A model generated the notes under the pieces. It saw nothing but the letters and a program-made list of their open reading frames with translations, did no database searches and had not been told where the DNA came from. Shown here piece by piece: positions 8,790 through 14,801 of a DNA stretch of 63,559 nucleotides (its first letter is position 1; every line of letters begins with the position of its first letter). The stretch is from Candidatus Udaeobacter sp. GTDB lineage: Bacteria; Verrucomicrobiota; Verrucomicrobiia; Chthoniobacterales; UBA10450. A program made the translations under genes and the position numbers. The stretch spans positions 1-63,559 of the forward strand of contig DATDFM010000071.1 of assembly GCA_036522635.1 (NCBI GenBank). Reading direction: 5' to 3'.

Positions 8790-10553
8790 ATGAAAACGGC
8801 AGTGTATCGGGCTGGCAAGTTACTGGTGAGATTTGTGTTCGAGTCTGTCGCGCATATTCACGTAGTCGGGCGCGAGAATGCTAATCGTGCGGTTGGACCT
8901 GCCCGCAGTGCCGCAGCGTTGCAGGCTGGGTACTTGCTGGCGTCGAATCACATCAGCCATTTCGATCCGTTTCTCATAGGCCTCCAGGTACACCGCAAGA
9001 TCGATTGGATGACCATGGCCGAATTCTTTCGGCCGTCTGCACTTGGTTTCTTGCTGCGCTCAATCGACGCGTTTCCGGCGGAGCGGGATCGCGCCGATCT
9101 GAAAACAATTCGCACTGCAATCGACCGGCTAAAGACGGGACGGATTGTGGGAATTTTTCCCGAGGGCGGCATTCGGGATGGCGCGCGCTCTTTACTCGAA
9201 GGCGCGCCGCTCCGTGCCGGCGCAGCCACGCTCGCGCAGATTGCGGATGTTCCCATTGTGCCGTGCGTCATTCTTGGTACGGATCGCTTTTATTCCAAAA
9301 AACAGTGGCTGCCATTCCGCCGCACGCCGGTTTGGATCGCGTTTGGAAAGCCAATCTCAGCATTTCCAAGGGTGCAAAAATCTGATGCGCGCGAACAAAT
9401 CGAATCCGAACTGGCTGTTGCTTTCAGAAATCTCTACGCTGAATTGCGCGAAAAATTTCAGCTTACGACGGATGACCTGCCGAAGTCGCAGCAGGAACGA
9501 AAGGCGGGTATCTGCGCGCCGCGCCAATCGGACGCCGCAGCCCGGAGTCTCTACCATCGATTTGCCGCCAAGGGAGTCGATTCGCTTCTCTGCGCATCCA
9601 TCAATTGGCTTCATCGGCGTCACCCGCTGAATGGGCACAGTCGACAACAGATGGAGCGTTACCTCACCGCGTGCGAACGGCTTTCGCCACAGGAATATTA
9701 TGTTCTGCCCCAAACAAACGGCAGCAATGGTGACTCCAATTCAAAGCCAACGGTGAATGGGATGCCCGATGGGCGTATGACAACACTGTCATGGCAGAGC
9801 CCGATCAAAACAGCTTTCGAAGCAAACAATACTGCGCGCGCGGATTTCTTCCGAACGAATGCGCGGCTTTGGACGGGAGCGCCGACAGTGTTTTTGCTGC
9901 ACGCGCTGATGTCCTCCAGTCCCACCGGGCATCACCGCTGGGCAGAGAAATTCAATGAGCTCGGCTGGAACGCATGTTTTGTTCATTTGCCATACCATTT
10001 CTCGCGTGCCCCGACTGGTTACTGGAATGGCGAACTCGCGATTACGCCCGATTTGATTCGTAATGCGGAAGGATTGCGCCAGGGCGTCATCGAGGTCAGG
10101 CAAATAATGGAATCGTTGCGTGGACACGGTTGCCGCGAGTTTGGCGTGCTGGCCACCAGTTACGGTGGATGGGTTGGCGCTTTGCTGACGCTGGTCGAGA
10201 GCGATTTCCGATTCGTGGCGTTAATGTCACCGATCGTAAATGTCGAGCACGCGATCTGGCAAAGCCCGGCGGCGCGTCGCCTTCGACGCGAACTCGTTCA
10301 GGCAAACGTCGAGCGCGCTATGATTGCGCGTCATTTTCACTTGAGCTCGCCTTTACACAGCCGGCCGGCGTGCGATCCAACGCGTATTCTATTCGTTACA
10401 GGGGAATTCGATTCGATCGCTCCACCCGCGGAGATGGAGGCAATCCAGCGAACGTGGCGTGGCTCGGCACTGTTACGCGTACCACAAGGACATTTCGGTC
10501 ATCGCATGATGCCGGAAACAATCGCGCACCTGAAAAAACGCGGCGATCTGTAA
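8790..10553 (+). CDS. Fusion protein: N-terminal PlsC-type lysophospholipid acyltransferase + C-terminal alpha/beta hydrolase
   Basis: 587 aa. Acyltransferase motifs NHISHFDP (HX4D) and FPEGGIRDG. Low-complexity linker. C-terminal half has nucleophile-elbow-like LATSYGGW, GEFDSIAP (Asp) and PQGHFGH (His). Confidence 0.8.
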   Translation: MKTAVYRAGKLLVRFVFESVAHIHVVGRENANRAVGPARSAAALQAGYLLASNHISHFDPFLIGLQVHRKIDWMTMAEFFRPSALGFLLRSIDAFPAERDRADLKTIRTAIDRLKTGRIVGIFPEGGIRDGARSLLEGAPLRAGAATLAQIADVPIVPCVILGTDRFYSKKQWLPFRRTPVWIAFGKPISAFPRVQKSDAREQIESELAVAFRNLYAELREKFQLTTDDLPKSQQERKAGICAPRQSDAAARSLYHRFAAKGVDSLLCASINWLHRRHPLNGHSRQQMERYLTACERLSPQEYYVLPQTNGSNGDSNSKPTVNGMPDGRMTTLSWQSPIKTAFEANNTARADFFRTNARLWTGAPTVFLLHALMSSSPTGHHRWAEKFNELGWNACFVHLPYHFSRAPTGYWNGELAITPDLIRNAEGLRQGVIEVRQIMESLRGHGCREFGVLATSYGGWVGALLTLVESDFRFVALMSPIVNVEHAIWQSPAARRLRRELVQANVERAMIARHFHLSSPLHSRPACDPTRILFVTGEFDSIAPPAEMEAIQRTWRGSALLRVPQGHFGHRMMPETIAHLKKRGDL

Positions 10554-10599
10554 CGCGCGGCAGCTTGAGGTTGTTCTGACTTCATTAACTCTGATCTAA

Positions 10600-10706
10600 T
10601 TAACACCTGGCTTTAGCCAGGTCCGGACGCTTTGTACTCGATAAGCCGTTTAAACGGCTTTTGACAGTTAGGCTGGACCGCAGCACCGCGCTGAAGCGCG
10701 TGTTAA
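10600..10706. repeat. Structured palindromic intergenic element between convergent genes (probable terminator cluster or MITE-like element)
   Basis: Outer TTAACAC (10600-10606) / GTGTTAA (10700-10706). Hairpin CCTGGC-ttta-GCCAGG (10606-10621). GGTCC (10620-24) / GGACC (10675-79) enclose the perfect 18-bp palindrome AAGCCGTTTAAACGGCTT (10643-10660). Hairpin CGCGC-tgaa-GCGCG (10687-10700). Confidence 0.6.
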
Positions 10707-10712
10707 TGAGAC

Positions 10713-11729
10713 CTATCGAATGCGAAGAAATTCCAAGCTTGCTCGAAGATCGTTAAATACCGCTTCGCCTAGGACACTGTGCCCTTTCACGGACGCATGC
10801 CAGCCATCGATGGGATGCAATAGTTCCGCGCGACTGAGATCCGCCGTCGCCAATGCGTCGGAATATCGCAACTGAATGTGTTCGTCGCGCTGCACGAATT
10901 CGCGATTCAAGCTCCCCACCATCTCGCGCAGTTCTTCGTTCATCATCGATGCCAGTCGAATCAAATTACGTCGGTAAGTGGGATGAAATGAGACCAGATG
11001 TTTGTATGTCGTTTCCAGGTGCGGATACAAAGTTGTGTCTGATTCTCGAAGACGCTCGGCGGCCTCGCGACCATTGAAGTACGACCCGAAATTGATGAGT
11101 CCGTAAACGACAATCGCCACGCGATGTCTCTGAATACGCGCGCGCTCGAGCAAGCGTCGCAAATCGCGCGAATAATTCTGTCGGAATTCTTTGCTCAATC
11201 GTTGTAGCCGCGGCTCAGGTGTGTCGAGTTCGTGTGGCGGACAGCGCCAGGCCCAATCAACGTTGTTGTGTCCGATCGAAATCAGAGTCAGATCAGGAAA
11301 TCGCCGCGCTCGCACCAACTCACCGACTTGCCCTGAGAAATTGCGGGTCCCGAGAATCCGGCGGAAAAGATTTTGACGGCCATGTTCATCATCCACCAGC
11401 GCACCGATGCCCGCGCATTCGATCGCAACGAACGGCGTGATCCTCTCAAGCCCTTTCGAAACACTGCCAATGCCCGGAGCATCATCGCTGTGAAGAAACC
11501 AATTCTTCCCGCGGCACGTGCGCGCGCGCCACAACGTGTTCCATGGCGACGAGATGTAAATGCCCATGCAAGCGCTGTCGCCGAGCATAGCAACGTGCGG
11601 CAAGCGGCGAACCAGCTCCGCGCGGGTAATTTCGCCATTTCGGTAGGCCAAATACTCGGAATGAAGAATTGATTCCGGTTCAGCAACGCGCTCCAGAAAG
11701 TTCGGACTGACAAACGGAGAAGATTTCAT
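10713..11729 (-). CDS. SGNH/GDSL-type hydrolase (esterase/lipase family)
   Basis: 338 aa. Block I MLGDSACMG, block III SIGHNNVDW, block V DGWHASVKGH. No signal peptide visible. Confidence 0.75.
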   Translation of the reverse strand: MKSSPFVSPNFLERVAEPESILHSEYLAYRNGEITRAELVRRLPHVAMLGDSACMGIYISSPWNTLWRARTCRGKNWFLHSDDAPGIGSVSKGLERITPFVAIECAGIGALVDDEHGRQNLFRRILGTRNFSGQVGELVRARRFPDLTLISIGHNNVDWAWRCPPHELDTPEPRLQRLSKEFRQNYSRDLRRLLERARIQRHRVAIVVYGLINFGSYFNGREAAERLRESDTTLYPHLETTYKHLVSFHPTYRRNLIRLASMMNEELREMVGSLNREFVQRDEHIQLRYSDALATADLSRAELLHPIDGWHASVKGHSVLGEAVFNDLRASLEFLRIR

Positions 11730-11759
11730 CTCGTCCCGCCACAGGCAGGATCCCTGCTG

Positions 11760-13322
11760 TTATTCATCCAGCCAATCCATCGATTCAAGCAACCTGTGAA
11801 ATTGCGGATTGTCAGCTGACAACACAGGCAGCCATTCGCCGATCGGTTCGCGTTTCCACCACACTTTGTCGCCGATGGGCGCAAACTGATAGCGATAAAG
11901 TCGTGCTCGAATATAACGCGGAGGCGCATCGGGAAACGGGTTGTTCGCGATTAGCGATAGCGTGCCAGGATCGTTGTGGAGAAGTTTCCAAACAAAATGA
12001 AGCGTCCACGGATACTCGGAAGGTGATGACATTGCGGCGAACCAGATTTGCCAATCAATTCGCGGCTGATATGGCGCGACAAATGGCGGCCGGCGATTCG
12101 GATCACCGGGTTTGGCTTTGAACTCGTACTCTTTCCATTTCGTGTCACCGCTAATCAGTGCGTCATCCGTTCCCTCAAAGATAATTTCGTCACGTTCCCG
12201 GCCTACCGTGCCGAATGCGCCGTAAGTATTCACAAGATCAAGTGGATCGTACGAGTAATTCATCAGCTGCCGGCCGGACCCGAGATTGAGGACGGTCGGG
12301 ATGCTGAGCCAGATCACCATGATCGTTACCCCAACAGCAATACCGTTATTAATGCGCGATGGGTGCGATTCCTCAGCCGCGCGTTGCGCGCGTCTCACCA
12401 GCGGTCCCGGCAGAAAGCGCGCGAGAAAACTATCATCAAAGCACGCCAGAAACGGAATGATGGTGAGATAGTTGAGGAACGAAAGATTACCGCTGACGAT
12501 TAGAAAAATCTGGTACGTGATCAGCAAGACGCCGGCGATGTGGCGCGCCCTTCGCGGACCAAAAGAAAACCAGGGGACAATCAGCTCTAAGAAGTGATTC
12601 CAAAGTACTTCAAATTTATGGAACCAAAGCGGAGCAAAATGGAGATATCGGCTGATCGGGTTAGGGATTGGTTGCGTTTCGTAGTGGTAGTAGAGACACG
12701 TCAGATCGCGCCAGCAGGGATCGCCCCGCAATTTGATGAGGCCGGCGCCAAACATGATGCGGAACCCTAGCCACCGAAAAAGCCAAATCACCAGGATCGG
12801 GGGCCTGGACTTCGGGAAGGGTCGGCCATCGAGGAGTGGACAAAGAAAAATCGCCAGGAACCCCGTCTCGAGCAGCTGAATTTCCCAACCGTAGCCGTAC
12901 CAAATCTGGCCTATATGAACAATCGACATGTACATTGCCCAAAGAACCGCAAGCAGGATGGCGTTTGCGTAACCGGCGAGAACCACGAGTGACAACGCAA
13001 ATCCAATCCATGCGAAAATCGACAATCCATGGTCCGAAATTCCAAACCAGAAGAGCGTCGGCACTCGTAACATTCCGGCGCTTCGCGAACCAAGTTGTGT
13101 TTGAATTACGTCTAGAAAATGTGCGGCCGGTGTTAGACCACGCTCGCCAATGAGCGGGACGAGTTGATTTGCCGCTACCAAAAATGCGATTGCATACACG
13201 AATCCGAGTAATCGCAGGATAACAAAGCGCGTCAGCCAATATGAATTTCCGAGCGCGAAAAATCTTTCGACCAAATTTCGGAACTCATGCGGCCTCACAG
13301 GAAAACGTCGAACGCCGAACAC
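11760..13322 (-). CDS. Lipase maturation factor (LMF1/TMEM112-like) family membrane protein
   Basis: 520 aa. Multi-TM N-terminal two thirds plus a soluble C-terminal domain carrying YQPRIDWQIWFAAM, which matches my recollection of the LMF family signature. Apparent GTG start at 13322. Confidence 0.7.
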   Translation of the reverse strand: MFGVRRFPVRPHEFRNLVERFFALGNSYWLTRFVILRLLGFVYAIAFLVAANQLVPLIGERGLTPAAHFLDVIQTQLGSRSAGMLRVPTLFWFGISDHGLSIFAWIGFALSLVVLAGYANAILLAVLWAMYMSIVHIGQIWYGYGWEIQLLETGFLAIFLCPLLDGRPFPKSRPPILVIWLFRWLGFRIMFGAGLIKLRGDPCWRDLTCLYYHYETQPIPNPISRYLHFAPLWFHKFEVLWNHFLELIVPWFSFGPRRARHIAGVLLITYQIFLIVSGNLSFLNYLTIIPFLACFDDSFLARFLPGPLVRRAQRAAEESHPSRINNGIAVGVTIMVIWLSIPTVLNLGSGRQLMNYSYDPLDLVNTYGAFGTVGRERDEIIFEGTDDALISGDTKWKEYEFKAKPGDPNRRPPFVAPYQPRIDWQIWFAAMSSPSEYPWTLHFVWKLLHNDPGTLSLIANNPFPDAPPRYIRARLYRYQFAPIGDKVWWKREPIGEWLPVLSADNPQFHRLLESMDWLDE

Positions 13323-13348
13323 TCAACGTCCAACGCCGAATCGCTTGA

Positions 13349-13384
13349 AATATTGCCAGGGGGGAGATTCGAACTCCCGACCAA
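13349..13384. repeat. Left copy of a perfect 36-bp direct repeat (tRNA T-arm/3' acceptor plus trailer)
   Basis: AATATTGCCAGGGGGGAGATTCGAACTCCCGACCAA, identical to 13655-13690. Confidence 0.95.
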
Positions 13385-13410
13385 CCCCGAATGCTTTCGG
13401 GGCTGCTCTA
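13354..13410 (-). pseudogene. tRNA-like 3' fragment (D-stem 3' strand to discriminator) with a non-canonical hairpin in place of the anticodon arm
   Basis: Minus strand reads TAGAGCA-GCCCCGAAAGCATTCGGGGT-TGGTC-GGGAG-TTCGAAT-CTCCC-CCCTGGC-A. T-arm and acceptor are identical to the intact tRNA at 13660-13731. The 5' acceptor strand and D-loop are missing, replaced by the GIY-YIG ORF. Confidence 0.75.
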
Positions 13411-13650
13411 TTGTTGCAAATGATAGATCGCGACGGTCGGATTCTTCTTTGCTTTCAATGCGCGTTCAATTCTCCGCGCTTCTTGGAGTGTTGGCACCTC
13501 CTTGCTTACGACCATTTCGATTCTGTCGCCAAGCCGTTTGGTTGTGTGTGTATGACCTCGTAGGTGTTGTGCAAAACGAGCATCAAGATCTACAGCCGAG
13601 CCAATGTAATGACGCCCTGAAGACCCTCGGAGTATGTACACCCAAGCCAT
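13408..13650 (-). CDS. Small stand-alone GIY-YIG nuclease domain protein (UPF0213/YhbQ-like)
   Basis: 80 aa, [33 protein letters not shown]...[14 protein letters not shown]. Contains VYIL...YIG, a conserved Arg, and the Glu and Asn of the GIY-YIG fold. ATG lies 9 nt after the tRNA 3' end. The stop TAG is part of a tRNA-like D-stem. Confidence 0.85.
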   Translation of the reverse strand: MAWVYILRGSSGRHYIGSAVDLDARFAQHLRGHTHTTKRLGDRIEMVVSKEVPTLQEARRIERALKAKKNPTVAIYHLQQ

Positions 13651-13654
13651 AGAG

Positions 13655-13690
13655 AATATTGCCAGGGGGGAGATTCGAACTCCCGACCAA
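13655..13690. repeat. Right copy of the perfect 36-bp direct repeat
   Basis: Identical to 13349-13384. Overlaps the 3' part of the intact tRNA. Confidence 0.95.
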
Positions 13691-13731
13691 GGGCTTATGA
13701 GTCCCCTGCTCTACCACTGAGCTACCCTGGC
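13660..13731 (-). tRNA. tRNA with CAU anticodon (elongator Met, or tRNA-Ile2 read via lysidine); no CCA encoded
   Basis: Hand fold of 72 nt: GCCAGGG-TA-GCTC-AGTGGTA-GAGC-A-GGGGA-CTCATAA-GCCCT-TGGTC-GGGAG-TTCGAAT-CTCCC-CCCTGGC-A. Perfect 7-bp acceptor stem with a G1-C72 pair, so not an initiator. G27.U43 and an A31/G39 mismatch. The anticodon-arm and variable-loop layout resembles E. coli tRNA-Ile2 as I recall it. Confidence 0.85.
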
Positions 13732-13768
13732 GTGTAATCGGTGCGCAAAGCTAGCAAATTCCGCCAAT

Positions 13769-13820
13769 CGACCAACCCCGAACGCTTTCGGGGCTGCTCT
13801 ACCCACTGAGCTACCCTGGC
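13769..13820 (-). pseudogene. tRNA-like 5' fragment (acceptor 5' strand, D-arm, hairpin, variable loop; T-arm missing)
   Basis: Minus strand reads GCCAGGGTAGCTCAGTGGGTAGAGCAGCCCCGAAAGCGTTCGGGGTTGGTCG, then diverges (ATTGGCGG...). The first 18 nt are identical to the intact tRNA. Confidence 0.75.
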
Positions 13821-13857
13821 GTGTAATCGGTGCGCAAACCTAGCAAATTTCGCTAAT

Positions 13858-13907
13858 CGACCAACCCCGAATGCTTTCGGGCTGCTCTACCCACTGAGTA
13901 CCGTGGC
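13858..13907 (-). pseudogene. Degenerate second tRNA-like 5' fragment
   Basis: Same as 13769-13820, but with one G lost from the hairpin stem, one base lost in the D-arm and an altered acceptor strand (GCCACGGTACTCAGTGGG...). Confidence 0.65.
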
Positions 13908-14024
13908 ATTTAGTTCGGGAAGCAAAGTAACGAGTTTTTCGCGAAACAACCGTCCGCGACAAGCGATTTGCGGGAAAGGAAGATCCAACGCGTCACATTC
14001 CTGTCAACGCGCGGAAACGCGGGG

Positions 14025-14801
14025 CTATTTGCCGGCTGGTGGTGAAACGTACGGCGCCAAATCCTTGTCGCCACCTCGGATCGCGGCCATGAAGCAAACG
14101 CCGCTGTGTTCGGTCACTGCTCCGGTCCACCCTTCCTGATGAACATAGCGCCAGCCGGGAAACCTCTGCACGACTCCGGTCTTGCCGTCTCTCTCCGCCG
14201 GAAAAAGAAAGAACTGCATGCGTTTCTCAGAGACCCAAATTTGAGCGATCCGCCGCGATTCGTCATCTTCAAATACGCGACAACCAATGGTGGCAAAATC
14301 GGCGAACTCTGCCGGAACATCATAATGTTCCAACCCGTGTTTCATAAAGAACAGGTCGCTGAGCGTTCCTGCTTCAGCATTTACTGGATCCAGCATCACC
14401 GGTCGGGTCGAAGCAGCGACGCCTAACAATCTGCGAGCTGTCGTCGAACCGGGAAAATCGTTCAAATGACTAAAGAAATTGAACACAAACACTCCCGCAA
14501 TCACCGCAACAGCGATACTGATCGCCAGCACCGCGGGATTGCGCAGCGTGTTCTTCCACGTTCGCTTCGAGATTGGGGCCAGGTCTTTTTCCGAGAACCA
14601 CTCGGCAGATTCGGCCGGAATGGCGATGAGACGAACCAGGCGCGCGACGGCGCGATCGAAATTCTGTTGATCGGCAAATTCAGCGGAGCCGTCTGCACGA
14701 GACAGCGCTGCGCGCATCGGACGGTCCGCAATTTGACGCGCGCTTATCGGAGCGCAATTTAAGAGTGAACGCTCACGGCGCATCGACGACAATAGCTTCA
14801 T
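14025..14801 (-). CDS. Single-pass membrane protein, probable anti-sigma factor
   Basis: 258 aa. 4-nt overlap with the upstream ECF-like sigma gene. One TM segment, AVLAISIAVAVIAGVFVFNFF. No family motif recognised. Confidence 0.45.
   Translation of the reverse strand: MKLLSSMRRERSLLNCAPISARQIADRPMRAALSRADGSAEFADQQNFDRAVARLVRLIAIPAESAEWFSEKDLAPISKRTWKNTLRNPAVLAISIAVAVIAGVFVFNFFSHLNDFPGSTTARRLLGVAASTRPVMLDPVNAEAGTLSDLFFMKHGLEHYDVPAEFADFATIGCRVFEDDESRRIAQIWVSEKRMQFFLFPAERDGKTGVVQRFPGWRYVHQEGWTGAVTEHSGVCFMAAIRGGDKDLAPYVSPPAGK

Larger units (their letters stand above)
13733..13907. repeat. Two tandem ~89-nt units, each a 36-nt spacer plus a 5' tRNA-like fragment
   Basis: Unit 1 is 13733-13821 and unit 2 is 13822-13907. 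Both begin TGTAATCGGTGCGCAAA(G/C)CTAGCAAATT(C/T)CGC(C/T)AAT, followed by CGACCAACCCCGAA(C/T)GCTTTCGGGGCTGCTCTACCCACTGAGCTACCCTGGCG. Unit 2 carries small deletions. Confidence 0.9.

Noticed and set aside
10606-10626. CCAGGTCCGGA resembling the conserved SRP (4.5S) RNA helix
   Set aside because: The following sequence lacks the GGAA...AGCA domain IV motifs and the characteristic symmetric and asymmetric loops. The region is better explained as a palindromic repeat or terminator cluster.
13660-13731. The tRNA(CAU) as initiator tRNA-fMet
   Set aside because: With the correct 72-nt boundaries, position 1 pairs with 72 (G-C), so the bacterial initiator 1x72 mismatch is absent. The run of G-C pairs sits at 28-30, not 29-31. 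Elongator Met or Ile2 (lysidine) is more likely.
13733-13907. Possible mini-CRISPR array (53-nt repeats separated by 36-nt spacers)
   Set aside because: Only two units are present. The 'spacers' are nearly identical to each other and to the sequence upstream of the intact tRNA. The 'repeats' are clearly tRNA-derived, and no cas genes are nearby.
13903-14139. 78-aa ORF adjacent to the tRNA-like repeats
   Set aside because: It starts inside the degenerate tRNA fragment and overlaps the 3' end of the anti-sigma-like gene on the opposite strand. It has no motif and a poor composition.
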